Positions 12,732 through 26,055 of a stretch of DNA of 64,000 nt are shown one piece after another; the first letter of the stretch is position 1, and each line of letters opens with the position of its first letter. Source of the DNA: Octopus sinensis (taxonomy: Eukaryota); contig NC_043008.1 of NCBI RefSeq assembly GCF_006345805.1, positions 64,914,001-64,978,000 on the forward strand, in the 5' to 3' direction. The position numbers and the translations under genes were made by a program. The notes beneath the pieces were generated by a model, which saw nothing but the letters and a program-made list of their open reading frames with translations, did no database searches and was not told the DNA's origin.

Positions 12732-13006
12732 GATAGATAGATAGATAGATAGATAGATGTATATATGTATATATATACACACACACACATTCCAAATAAT
12801 AACACAAAGAAGCACTTTAACACATCTTTAATGATCAGTTACAATTGTTTCTATACCAACTCTGCTTTTCAAAGCCAGTTTACGCAAGTTTTCAAAGTGA
12901 AAATTTACGTAGTTTTAGACATTAGAGTGGCACTTCTTAAGCTCTCTCTCTCCCCTCTCTCTGTCTTTCTTTCTCTTTGTTTCTCTTCTCTCTTTCTTTA
13001 TATATA

Positions 13007-13077
<71 letters not shown>

Positions 13078-13459
13078 CTAGCAGTATCGCCCGGCGTTGC
13101 TCAGGTTTGTAAGGGAAATAACTATAAAGCATTTTTAGAGAGTTATAGCCAAAAAGTAGCAAAAAAATGGAAAAAATTATGGTAAATTTTTTTGATAGTT
13201 AAAAAAGGTGGAGTTGCGTCCCCTACACAGTTTGTGGTTTGAGTTCCTGATTCTCGACCCCATGTCGAATTTATCGATTCTTTTCAGAACTGGGGGAACT
13301 TTTCAAAATTTTTGCTGCGTTAGTTTTGAATTATGACATTGGGCTATGTGTGTGTCAAGTTTCATCAGAATCGGTTGAAAGCCGTGGTCAGGGTGAGGGT
13401 ACAAGCAAACAGACACACAGAAACACGCACAGACAAACTGCCGTTTATATAGAGAGAGA
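13078..13459 (-). mobile_element. Non-autonomous Helitron
   Basis: Minus strand begins TC(tctctctatataaacggcagtttgtctg), ends gcaacgccgggcgatactgCTAG with a GC-rich subterminal palindrome, and lies between A and T. Confidence 0.75.
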
Positions 13460-16400
13460 TATATACATCCATGTATGTATGTATGTATAAATTATTAAAA
13501 TGAGTGTGTATACGTATGTGTGTCCTTTTGTATGTCCATGCAAAATTTTGTGCGTGGACATATAGGGAATATGTATTCAACAGAAAAATATATACCCTAA
13601 GAAAATCTACGCTACATTTTCCAAGTGGAGTAGATATAGCCTACCACATAGAAATACACACACACACACACGTACACACACACATACACACACACAAGCA
13701 AGTATATCATATACACTCTATAACACGGATACACATATGGCTCGTAACACAGATACGACTTTATAACATCACGTCTGAGTAAATCATTTTAAAAGCATTT
13801 CTTGTGTAGAAACGGCTGACGTAGTAATTAATTTTAATGTTAAATGATTTCCATTTTCATCCTATTTCACATATTAACAGGGTACCATGAGTGTCAGAAA
13901 AACTGTGAGTAACTTATTCTTCCAAGACAATCACAGGGAATCTGTATACCGTTAAAAGACGAGGCTTTAATGACATTGGCAATGATTTATAATGGCATTC
14001 CAGTTATCTGTCATGCATTGTAATTGAAAATTCTTCCCGTAATAATCACTTCAATTGTTGCTTGCGAGGGTTCAGTTGTTGCTTGCGAGATGTGTACGCT
14101 CAGGAATATATACTGATATTTATATGGATATTTACATTTAACTCCAAGCAAGCCCTGATCGAGCAGATCTCTGGGCGAAGATATTCAGACATAAGTTTTG
14201 AGTCTTTTAGCAATCATACAATTAGCCCGAAGCGATATTTACGGTTTATATCGGACTGAATGGCTGCATAAGCGTCCCGCCGTCAGTTCTATGCATTGGT
14301 ATATTTCGACAACATAGGTTTAATCATTTTGATTAGATTTCATTTTATTAAAATTTATTTACTTTATCGGAATCGATAGCTGAAAGTTTGTGGCCCACTG
14401 CCAAATAATAAAAATCAATTACAGTATGGATAGCAATGAATTGATTGGAAAAATTCACAAGAAAGCCGTGTGAAATTTCTTCTTTTATGTTCTATGTTCA
14501 TATCTTACCATGGCATTCTCTGCAGTAGATAAAGGAATATCAGTCATGTATTTGTATTGAGGAAATCACTAGATCTATTCTGCCGAAATTTGTGAATTTC
14601 AGCCTACCTTTCTATTACCTTATATTTGTTGCAATTCACTGCCTTTCTTTCGATTAATTTTGAAATTATTACTTCTGTTAAATAACTGTGATATTATCAA
14701 GTAGTTGTTTGGAATATAAATTATCATAAAATTTCCTCCAGCTTCGGGGTTCTTTTTCATGGAACTATGTGCTGTTCTAGGTGGCTTGGTATCAAGAGAC
14801 AAGAAGTCGTCCGTACATATTGAATTATTCAGTGAAAATATAAATCACTTAAAAATAATTCGAATTCAAAAAATTATACCAACGATTATGCCAAAAGATT
14901 AATAATTTAAAATGAACATGATTCTTAGTTTTGGCTTTCATAGTAAACTTCACACTTAGTCTGTCCGGGATTCGAATATTAATTGAATTTTTCATCTTAT
15001 CTATATCCAATAGTCCATCATTTCCATTACTTCCTAATGATAAAATGATTATACATTATATATCACTGTTACAGAAAATATGTTTCTGCACACAGATGTT
15101 TTTAACTGGACGTCCCTAATATTACTGAAAGATTCCTCAGCCAGAAATGCTGCCTGTATGCTTGTTTATTTATTGCCCTACTCGCAATTGCTTCTCAAAT
15201 CATACCGTCTATAACAAAGAATACAATTGCTCATAAGTAAAAATGATATCAAACCCGGTATAAAAAAATAATTATCACACCTGCAACGGTATTTAGTATA
15301 AGTCTAGTTAGTTTAGTAGACCTCAGGTGTGGCAAACAGTGGAAGAGAAAATTCGAGAGAAAATAAAGAGAAAGTGATATATCTGCCGATGGAATTAGGA
15401 CCATTTTCCAAGTTTGCAGATTATGTTTTAATAGTCAGTTAGTATTCGATATTAAAGTCATATATTGAAGATTAACAGAGAAGCTCCCACGAAACTGTAG
15501 AGTAGAAATTTTCGTTTGAATCCGAAAAAAATTCATTATCTGTATAACACAGTAGAAACATGTAAATAATCGACTGAAATGCAAAAAGTCAGCGGTAAAA
15601 TATATCTCATTGAGAGCATAAATTTAAAGTTTTAAAGAAAGAAAGACTCGTTGAACAAAGTAGTAAAAAATAAAATATATCTGATAATGAAATGCAGAAG
15701 GATCACGGCTTTCGCGCCTTTGATAGAACGTCTGCCAAACTGTGGCTGACCTAGGGCAATCATTGATAGTATCCATAGTCATTCCATTTCCCCTCACTCT
15801 AAAATACAGATTCTTTGTGCAAAGTTAACAGGAAATTAATATTAGTTTGAAAGAAACGGACAAAATTTCTTGCAGTATTTAGTTACATTTATTTATGTTC
15901 TGAGGTCACATCGAATTTCAGTCTTGGTCATCACTGACTTTCACCTTGCTTGAGTCGATAAAATCAATTACTAGTGAAGAATTTTGGTCGATATAATCAA
16001 TATAACCATTTTCAAATTTGATGCCTTGTGCTTATATTAGTAATCAATATTTTTTTGAAAGAACAAGGGTAGCGTGTATCCATAAATAGGGATTCTATGA
16101 TAATAATTTTTACCATTTCAATCCTTTGTTAAGGTAGGTTTAATCACGTAAGATATATATATGCGATTAACCAGACCAAATAGCTTCTAAATGAACATTT
16201 AGAGAATCAAATAGTTAAATATGTTACAGATAAGAAGTATGGGTGAGATAATTGACATCTAGATCTGTCGTTAGATCTGATGGTCACAGTTTTAATTCAA
16301 TAGTTGTCGAATTTTCACTATTCTGTAAGCTGTCGAGAGTTACAATCTGATGGTGATAGCTATTAGGAAACAATTCTATCCTAAGTTTTTACGTAAATAT

Positions 16401-16989
16401 CATCTAAGATGTTTTTTTATCAGTTGTACTATGAATGTTTTTTAATGTTTTTATGAATGTTTTTTATGTTTATGAATGTTTTTTAATGTTCGTTCATATT
16501 TTATTTCCCTCAAGTAACATATGAATCTAGACAGGTGTATAAAAATGTTTCACAGTTACGAGATCAAGAGGAATTCTAATACTGGTAGTGACAAGTTTAA
16601 ATTTTCTTTTTTTAATTGCCAAGTAATTCATTTCAATAAGCATGTATTATATGTTCATAATACTAATGCATTGCAGGATCAGAATCCTTTGAGTGAGCAA
16701 ATGCCGATTATATGAACAGTAACAAATTGGCTGCTGAAGATGGGATGTACCAGTGTCAGTTAGTGTCAGTGAGTTATTTCGGTTTTAATTTATGATTCTG
16801 GGACGCGTGAGATTATCCAGATTGTAATAACTTATCCAGATTGGAATAAGTTACCATCAAATTACGACTCCTAAAAAGGATACAGAACTGGTTCACCGGT
16901 GGGGAATGTTATATAGCTAGCTAGAAACTTTGAAGTAAAATAGAAGAGACATCTATACACATATATATTTGCATGCATACTGCCCAGTA

Positions 16990-17967
16990 AACAAGAGGAT
17001 CATTCAGGTCACACTATGAACAGACTTTAACTTTAGTGATTTAGTGAACAATTGTCTCGCATCTACGAAAGCTGCAGCCTTGTGCCTAATCAGTGAACGG
17101 AGAATCCCAATTTTCCAGGAGGTAACGCTAGAAATGGATATATGTACATACATACATACATACAAATATACTTACAAACATATATACGTACCTATATAAA
17201 TACATCCATACATATTTCCATGCATACTTGAGGATCATTCAGGAAGTGGTTGTATTATGTCTCAGGGCATCAAGTGTCGCAGGTATGTATTTCAAGGAGA
17301 CAGTAACGCTGTGGTATTGCATATACTTGCAGCGAATGTATTACCATTTATCTTTACGAAATCTAAAGGGTATATTTTAGGTGCATGGTCACAGACATAG
17401 TTTCGTTGTGGTCTTAAAATCATATGCCCCATAAATACATACACACACATGCGCACACACACATACATATATATATATTAAATATACTAAGCACACTCTA
17501 ACCAATAGAGCAGTAAAGCATTAAATCACTACAGTTAAGATCTGGTCATAGAGTGAACCATGGATTCGCATCCAAGAAAGCTACAGCTTTGTGGACAGCT
17601 CATCACACTCTATACAAAGACAAATTTGACTCTTCCCCTCACGGAGGCGGACAAACGCTATGATCAATTGGTCAAACATCTATCAGATAAAAAAAAAACG
17701 CGAGGATATGTTATTAATTATAAGTTATTACGCACCAGGGTAGGAGTTATTAATTGATGTGTGGATTTATTTCGTAAGGTCTCTTACGAGGCTAATCAGT
17801 GAGCAGAGAATCCCAATGTTGCAGGAAGTAGTGCTTGAAATGGACCTATTGTGTTCATATTTCTTTACGAGCGTTCAGTGAGCCAGGCTCAGCATACGTT
17901 TTAAGAATTTTGGCTGATTCAGCAATGCAGATTTTGCAGTGCCCGCTTCCATTAGTAAAAGGGCCTG
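16990..17967 (-). mobile_element. Cluster of PLE 3'-end / pseudo-LTR fragments
   Basis: Minus 17869-17967 encodes GPFTNGSGHCKICIAESAKILKTYAEPGSLNARKEI. 17040-17140 and 17790-17845 share a ~55-bp segment. 17054-17095 and 17562-17608 share a degenerate (C/G)TGAT(T/G)AG...gcGA(G/A) hammerhead-like stretch. Confidence 0.6.
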
Positions 17968-18402
17968 TGTGTTCTACGATCTTCCCTATGATATAAACCG
18001 CGACGACGACAGTTATACCAGCATCACCAGATCAATGCGTCATAATGATAACAGCTCCAGCTATACTGGTAGCAGCAACAATATCCCCAGGACCAGAGCC
18101 AACCAGAGATACACCAGGAACGAGACCATACACTGTAAATACATTGGATCAGAAAGCACACCTTTCAAGTGAGGCTTCTCCAACCACCACTCATCTGTCA
18201 GGGCTCCAGAAAGACGTTTCGTCACGTCCCTGGCCAGCCATGTGTGGCACCGCAAAGATCAAAGGATTCTATTTGATATCAGTTGGAAGATCTTAGAAAA
18301 ACCAGGCCCTTTTAGTAATGGCAACGGGCGCTGCAAAATCTGCATCGGTAAGCGAACCAAAATTCTTTAAAATCTATGCTAAACCTGGCTCGCTGAACGC
18401 TC
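17968..18402 (+). mobile_element. PLE GIY-YIG endonuclease relic (Naiad-like motif pattern, tentative)
   Basis: KYIGSESTPFK*GFSNHHSSVRAPERRFVTSLASHVWHRKDQRILFDISWKILEKPGPFSNGNGRCKICIGKRTKIL*. This matches the pattern YIG..FKxRxxNHxxSF..TxLxxHVWxxKD..IxWKIL..CxxC. Confidence 0.75.
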
Positions 18403-19049
18403 TAGTGTTTTAATATACAAACACACACACACACACACTTAAATATATATATAGAGAGTGGGGGGTTATCGGTAATCTGTGCCTAGATACGCGCGGTTTC
18501 TTTAAGAAGCCTGCGAAATTTTAAGTCGTATGGATCGGATTTCAAATCCATTTTAAACAATAGTTATAACTCCTACTAAATGTGCTGAGTGCTCTTTTCT
18601 TCCATTTGTTCACACACTCATGTGTGTGTGTGTGTGTGTGTGTACGCGTGTGTGTGTGTGCGTGCGTGTGTGCGTGTGTGTTCGCGTGTCACGAAGAACG
18701 CTCTTACCCTTGTGCGCAGTTTGCCATGCGGATAGGAAATTACAGAGTGAAAGAGGTGATGTTTCACAATAGAGGGTTTCAAAATTAAAATTATTACATT
18801 GTAATGCCAAAATATATGTTTTAGTATATTGATTTTTGTGGTTACGTGAGTAGGATGCACTGTGTAACTGTACTGTACGACCTTCTATTATTTGTTAAAA
18901 CTTTTGAAAAAAAAAAAGCAATCCCAAAGCTCTAGAATTTTATTCCAATTAAAAATTTATAGCTGATGCGGCAAGAAACTATGAAAGAGAAAAGAAGGGG
19001 AAAAGGTTTTACCGCTACTGCAGCACAACCATTTAAGAGGGTGGGAAGA

Positions 19050-19310
19050 GGAAAGAAAGAAAGAAAAAAAAAGAAAGAAAGAAAGAAAGGAAGGAAGGAA
19101 GAAAGACAGAAAGAAAGAAAGGAAGGAAGAAAGAAATGAAGAAAGAAAGAATGAAAGAAAGAAAGAATGAAAGAAAGGAAAGAAAGAAAGAAGCAAAGAA
19201 TGAAAGAAAGAAAGAAAGAAGGAAAGAAAGGAAGAAAGGAAGAAAGAACGAAAGAAATAAAGAAAGAAGGAAAGAAAGAAAGAAGGAAAGAAAGAAAAGG
19301 AAGAAAGGAC
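19050..19310. repeat. (GAAA/GAAG)n polypurine tract
   Basis: Direct reading. It produces the spurious ORFs 18932-19396, 18957-19373 and 19136-19375. Confidence 0.95.
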
Positions 19311-19779
19311 GAACAGCGCAACAGAAGTGGATGAAAAATCATCAACAAATCTATATTGACAGGATAGTGACATGAGACCTCAAGCGAGAATTTCATAAAG
19401 GATTTCGTTTAACACAAATGAAAAATTTCACGAAGGCAACGTGAATAGGAATTTTTCACTCAATGGACATTTGGCATGCAAAAGAAAGAATGAAACAGCT
19501 GAGAGGCAGACTTGATGTCACAGTGACAAAATAAGAACTTCTAATGTCTCGTGTTAATTCTGTTTCTGTTGTTGTTGTTGTTATCTTTCTGAGCTTTGAA
19601 CAAAACACTTTTAACGCTGAAATGTTAGCTTCAAGCTGTCTATCAATATATTGCCGAAGATGAGTGAGATAAATTACATCTCTTTTCTCCGGGGTTTCCA
19701 ATTATCCATTCACTTATTTTGACACTCCCTCTAACGCTCCATAATATTATTACAAATGTAAGGCAGCAACCTAGCAGAA

Positions 19780-20220
19780 GCATTTTTCGCACCGAGAAAC
19801 ATGCTTTGCCGTATGTCACCAGTCTTTAGGTTCTGCGTTCAAATGGCATCAAGGTCGACTTTACTTTTAATCTTTTCGCGGTCGATAAAATAAGGACCAG
19901 TTGAGCACCTAGGTGGTTTTAATCAACTTAGTCCCTCTCCCAAAATTGCTGGCCTTGCACCAAAATTTGAAACTAATATTAATTATACATAAGGCGGCGA
20001 CCTGGCAGAAACGTTGCTACCCCTGAGAAAATGCTTATCTGGATTTCGACCGTCTTTACATACTGGTTTCAAATTCCGCCGAGGTCGCTTTTCCTTTTAA
20101 TCCTTTTGAGACCAATAAAATAAGTACCACTCGGGTACTGCTGGGGTCGATGTAAATGATTCACCCCTTTCCCTGAAATTCGTGGCCTTGTGCCAAACTT
20201 TTAAAACCAATATTATAGAA
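19780..20220 (+). mobile_element. Two tandem tRNA-derived SINE copies (family of 49991-50225)
   Basis: ggcagaa..gttcaaat..gaggtcg(a)ctt..ataagtacca..ggggtcgatg..ggccttg(c/t)(a/g)ccaaa..tttgaaac occurs twice. Confidence 0.7.
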
Positions 20221-20332
20221 TATGTATGTATACACATATTCACATATATATTCATACATAACGCATATACATATATATGTATATGCGTACATATGTAGGC
20301 ATTAACACACATGCATACACATAATATAATAT

Positions 20333-20622
20333 CTTATATTAAACTTTTAATACTTTTTGAAAGTTTAAAATTTAAATAAAAAATAAATAAATAAATAAAT
20401 AAATAAAATAATAATATATATATATATATATTAAATTTATAAGTTTAATTTATTAATTTAAATATTTTTTTAAATTTTAACTTTAATTTAAATATTTTAA
20501 TTGGATTTTTATATTTTATATTTTATATTTTTTATATATTTTAATTAATTTTATTTCTATGTATTGGCTTATGATTTTCACTGTTTGATTTGCCTAATAT
20601 TGGTTTTATCTCTAATTTAATA
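20333..20622 (-). repeat. Second copy of the AT-rich dispersed repeat at 3552-3818
   Basis: The reverse complement shares both ends with 3552-3818. Confidence 0.7.
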
Positions 20623-21701
20623 TGTATATATATACAATATGAACATATGCATATATGTGTGTAAGTATATGTAAAGGTGAGGCTGAGTGTATATATTCAT
20701 GGTCAATGCTCAGGAAAAACTCACAATTTGAAAAAGATACTATGAGAGATATATAGCATAGAACGTGCAAGAGTGAATGCGTTTTCTGTAGCCAAACTAG
20801 GTATATGCTTTTAGAGAAATCAGCTAAACTCCACTCACTTAACAGCATGCCAAACATAACATTGTTTTTGACAAACGTCTCGTCGTTCTAGAGAAATGAA
20901 ATGGAATTTGAACTCAGAACATACACAACCTAAATAAATACTACCAAATAGCTGATCCGACGAATTCACAGACCGCTACATGCGATAAAATAGTTCTTCA
21001 TTTATTAACCTCGAAAACTGTGAATGACGAAGTTGACCAATGTGAGATTTGAGCTCAGTACGTATAGAATAATATTCGATAATATAGCGCATTTTATCCG
21101 ACGTTCTAATGAAAGTACACTTCCAGAACCTAATATATCCTAAGAATGGATGCAAATAAGTATCATTATAGTATAGTTTACCTCGCAACAACAGAGTTCC
21201 GTGTGTGTTGGTCCTGCCCGGTACCTTGGGCGTTATATTTTACTATATGTATACGTATATGTATATATGTACGTACGTACGTACGTATGTATGTATGTAT
21301 ATATGTATGTATGCATATATTTATATATGTACGTATGTATGTTTAAAGATTTTGCGAAAAATATTTGATACAGTTACAATATTCATAGAAAGTTCTTTGT
21401 TTTAAAAATTAGTAATTTTTAGAAAAGATTATTTAAAAAAACAGAATGTCACAAACCTTTTGGGAAGAATTTCCGTATAGTATAGTGTGTAAGCACTTTC
21501 GTTTTTCAAACTTTAAAATACCCAAACACACGTGTGCATATGTGATCTGCATTGACGTAGTGTTTTTCAGTTATAATGTTTATTTCTTACAAAGTACTCT
21601 TCTCTGAGCAATTTCGCTTTGTATTTCGTAAAAATTGAATACTTTTAATTTTCCATTTCTACAAATGTCAAGTTGTTTACTACATCTAACATTTCAAAGG
21701 G

Positions 21702-21739
<38 letters not shown>

Positions 21740-22529
21740 TGTGTGTGTGTGTGTGTAAATCTAGCTATCCCTCCGACAAGCTGCTAATTCGGTAGATATT
21801 GTTGATTCGGCCCACTCACTTCCTGCAAAAGTTTTCGTTGCATTCATTGGAACAAAGATTTTGCTGTACACTCGTAAATACTGGCAATCCTTTCTTAGTT
21901 GAATTTCTGCATCTATTTTATTCTATTCGCTTTTAACTCCATTAAGGATTTCAGTGCCTTTAGGAATTTCTTTGCGAGGTGTAAATTACGAAATAGTATA
22001 TACTGTACATAAGATATAGAAGTGAAATGCTGAAAAAAGAATCAACATCGGTGTTCCGACGAAAACTTGTGTAAATTATATAACATTGTCCCTGCTACAA
22101 TGTATAACTTAAATAGAGAGAAACAAAATTGCATAAGATGTTTAGTAGCAGTGGATTAAAGACAAAGATGTTCACAAGGAGAACAATGATGCAAAAAGAA
22201 AACAAATAAAAATTAGGAAATGTTGAGACCTTGCTGGGGTGCTGATTACGGAGAAGGGGATTAAACTTTGTATAAGTGAAAGGATTAAGAGATATTTTTT
22301 TTATAAAAGAATATGTCCCTTTTCAACGAGAACAAGGACTAAACGTTTTAACGAAACATTTGAAAGTTCTCGGCAGACGAGGGAGCAGCTAGGCATGTCG
22401 AGGAGTTTGTCCATTTCTTTCTGTTCGCCATTTGCATATACAATGTCGATGGAACAGCTTTGTATTGGAAAAGTCTTTCTTGAAGTACACGGACACTTGA
22501 GAATCTATTATAATAAGATATTAAGTGAC

Positions 22530-22950
22530 TAGAGTCCTTCGATCACCTCTGTCTACGCCGCATCCTTCGTGTCCGGTGGCATCACTATGTCTCTAACAAT
22601 TCGGTGCGACAGCAGTGCAAAATCACCTCCCTCCGACAAGTCATCCTCCGTCGTCAACCAGGAGAATTCATCTACGAAGCAATTTCCCCAGCTCCCCTTC
22701 AGGGTTGGCAAAAACGATGTGGTGGACAACGAAAAACCTGGCAGATGACAGTCAAGGCTGATGTGGAACCCAACCTAGGCACCCATGTCTACGGCGTTCG
22801 CTGTTGGAATAAGGAGTGGTTGGAGATCACGCGGTCGTTAACCTCAAAACTGCCAAGCCTGGTCGGCGTTTGTGAGAGATGCAGCATTGAGGATGAATGA
22901 AACCAGCTCAACCCATCCCGGGTGAATGCTGTCTCAAGAAAAGAAGAAGA
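22530..22950 (+). mobile_element. RTE-clade LINE 3' end
   Basis: ESFDHLCLRRILRVRWHHYVSNNSVRQQCKITSLRQVILRRQ..PLQGWQKRCGGQRKTWQMTVKADVEP..WNKEWLEITR, then a short 3' UTR and a purine-rich tail. Confidence 0.85.
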
Positions 22951-23513
22951 CTATTATAATCAACATGTTATAAAGCATAAAAGATCGCTTTTTTTGTTAT
23001 GCTACGCTCACGCTGGTTGAACCCACAAAAGTAAATTGCCCTTCATCACTAAAATTTCCCCAGGGATCTGAAAGCTATGAAACATTTTGCAGTGTTTTAT
23101 ATTGACAGAAAAAAATGGGTGTTTACAATTAATTTTACACTGGAACACTTTCAAACTTACTTTGAAGTAAGAGAAAACTTTTTACTAGACTGTGTTAGGT
23201 TGGTATTCAATTTTGAGATAATGTCAACCTCATCTGAAATATAACTTCGGATGGAAAGTAATGTTAATTCTATTTACTACCGACAACCCATCTAAATGTA
23301 CATTATTAATTCAATCGCTGTTCTATGCGGCATATTACATTCTCTTAAGTCAATTTCTCTGCTGGCTTATGAAGTGTCTTCTAAATGGAGTTAACTGAGA
23401 GATCATTATGAAATTTATAAAGGGAAATAATTTGAGACACGTAGCTTACTGTGTTGGCTAGAAGCCTTTAGAAGCACATGCGCTGAAAATGGATTATATA
23501 AGATATGCTTACT

Positions 23514-23756
23514 TTAAATACATGTGTCTACATTTAGTAAGGACATCGAAAATGATTTTAAAGGATTTGCGATTTCAAGTGAAACGCAAATTATACAGGT
23601 ACTAATTTCTTTAGCTTTCGATGCAACTAATTCTGCTTCGAAGGTTGTTGCATAGACAACGGATATAGTGAATACTGATAGACACCAACACACAAGAACA
23701 AGATATAGTCCACCTAAACGAATCTCTGTTGATTGTATTTCCCAAACCAAGACAAA
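23514..23756 (-). CDS. Candidate exon or relic encoding a transmembrane segment (unverified)
   Basis: Acceptor tttttttatgtttacatagaatag, then an open frame FVLVWEIQSTEIRLGGLYLVLVCWCLSVFTISVVYATTFEAELVASKAKEISTCIICVSLEIANPLKSFSMSLLNVDTCI*. Confidence 0.22.
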   Translation of the reverse strand, partial: FVLVWEIQSTEIRLGGLYLVLVCWCLSVFTISVVYATTFEAELVASKAKEISTCIICVSLEIANPLKSFSMSLLNVDTCI

Positions 23757-23854
23757 CTATTCTATGTAAACATAAAAAAAAATCCAGAATGAGGATCCAG
23801 AATGGAGAAGATTTAAATGTAATGAGGATAGCAGGCAAAAAAAAAATAGATTAA

Positions 23855-24355
23855 AATCACGTCGAGCAAATCGACCCCGGGACATATACTTTGTAAGCCT
23901 AGTACTTATTCTATCGAACCGCTAGGTGACGGGAACATAAACGCAGCGTTACTCATTTTTGCCAGCTGAGTGGACTAGAGCAACGTGAAATGAAGTGTTT
24001 TGCTCAGGAACACAACGCATCGCTCGGTCCAGGAATCGAAACCACAATCTTACGATCATGATGCTGACACCCGAACCACTAAGCCAGGTACCTCCACAAA
24101 TAAATAAAGGCGCCCTTTTAAAGCCTAGCTATGATCATGGGCCCGATTTCCCGGTTTCAATGGCGTATGTGTTCCCCAGCTGAACGGGACGCCGGTCCAT
24201 CGCAGCGCTACTCATTTTTGCCAGCTGAGTGGACTGAGTAAAGTAAAATGAAGTGTTTTACTCAAGAACACAACGCGTCACCCGTTCCAGGAATTGAAAC
24301 CACAATCTTACGGTGATGATGCTGACGCCCTAACCACTAAGACACGCGCCTCCAT
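23855..24355 (-). mobile_element. Tandem SINE copies
   Basis: ctcatttttgccagctgagtggact..aatgaagtgtttt.ctca.gaacacaacgc..ccaggaat.gaaaccacaatcttacg occurs at ~23950-24090 and again at ~24210-24350. Confidence 0.75.
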
Positions 24356-24707
24356 GAATTAGTGCATTGACAGCAACAAAAATACCTCAGTGAAATTAGC
24401 AACACTGTCAGATGCATGTATATTTTTGCACTAGAATGACCGCAGTCTAAAAATCCTTTTACATAAGGCATGTATGCGTACGCTATTTACATGTAGTAGG
24501 GGCAAATAATCAATTTATTTAGTAGATATTGTTTATGTCATCGAATCTTTAGTTATTTGCCAGAAGCTATCCCCAAGCAAATAACTAATCGTAGCAACAT
24601 ATTGCATCACACATTTACAATACACACACACATATATATATACATACATACATAATACATGCATACATACATACATACATACATACATACATACATACAT
24701 AATACAT

Positions 24708-24766
<59 letters not shown>

Positions 24767-25689
24767 GTTTGTAACTGTGTTTGTGTCTTTCTGAGTATTT
24801 GCGTGTCTTCACGTATGAAGAGATTTTAGTTTCCTGTTAATAATAAATCCATGATCAGCTTCCGAAAAGTTTTCTATTCAAGTTGCATTTTTCTTCTTCG
24901 TAAAGGATGTAGTATTCTACGTGTGGAAAATTCCAAAGAAAACAGAAATTTAGGCGGCATCAGTGACGTATTTGTAGATAGCAGAACACAAGTGATTTGT
25001 CTTCAGCCTGTATGTATGTACACACACACATATTCACATATATACGTACATACATATATTCATACATGCATATATACACGCACATACGCACACACACATG
25101 TGTATGCGTATGAAATTGAATATGTTTCTTGAGTCGAGAAACACATACACTTAAATATTTCCTCATAAGTTGAAAGCAAATGTTAAAATTGTGACGCGTT
25201 CTTCGAGACCTTTATTGAAAGTTTTCTTTTAAACCAAAATCAGGTAAAAGATTTGGAACTAAACTGTAGAAAAATGTCACGACTTTCGGAAATTAGTTAC
25301 TGAAAACAACCAAGTATTTACACACTGTCTCTAAAGGTTTACTCTGGTGTAATTTCATCAAAAAGAAAATATATAAAGAAGAACTGAAAAAAATATTTAA
25401 ATAAAAATTTATTTGTCGATTGCGTAATTACTATTTAAAAGTTTCGTTTGAGTTTATTAAATTTCGAAGTTATTTAAATTATTTTCTTAGCACCAGCTTC
25501 AACCGAGCTGTTTGAATATATTGTGCACAGAATTTCATCATACCAAAATCAACTTAAAGCCTGATAGTAGGAAGTAAGAGTTAACTTCCATTGTTGTACG
25601 TAATCACTGTATCACTGTATGAACCAGAATATCGGATGTTGTTATACTCTACTAGTCACAATATGCCTCTTCAATTGTTGTAGCTTTCG

Positions 25690-26055
25690 AAAGGCTCGGC
25701 AGGGAGGTCATCTCCTACCGCCATCCCACACCCGAACGGAACTTCATTTACAGAATTACCTATTTACAGCAGAGTAAATTGGAGTGACGTGAAATTAAGT
25801 GTTTTACCCAAGAACAAAAATCTTGATATACTTGCATAGCAAGTGACTTGATCTGAGATCGTGTGCTGAAACTAAAACAATTGCAGCGCGGAAGATGTTT
25901 GTAACCCATTCAAGAAAACACAAAAACCGTTAATTTCACTTCAACATTAAAATTTCATTTGTGTCAAAATATTGTCATCACTTTGACACCGCGACCTGTT
26001 CACTGACAAAACTTCACACAAAGTGGTACAGCAGGAAGTTTTGTCAGTGACCAGC
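25690..26055. mobile_element. SINE and other repeat fragments ending in a fold-back hairpin
   Basis: SINE-like gtaaattggagtgacgtgaaattaagtgttttacccaagaac, then a second repeat (tgatctgagatcgtgtgctgaaac...) that ends in a 16-bp perfect inverted repeat at 26000-26050. Confidence 0.5.

Noticed and set aside
18168-18175. In-frame TGA in the GIY-YIG relic as selenocysteine recoding
   Set aside because: It falls at a non-cysteine position, the relic has other stops and substitutions, and no SECIS was identified. Simple decay is more likely.
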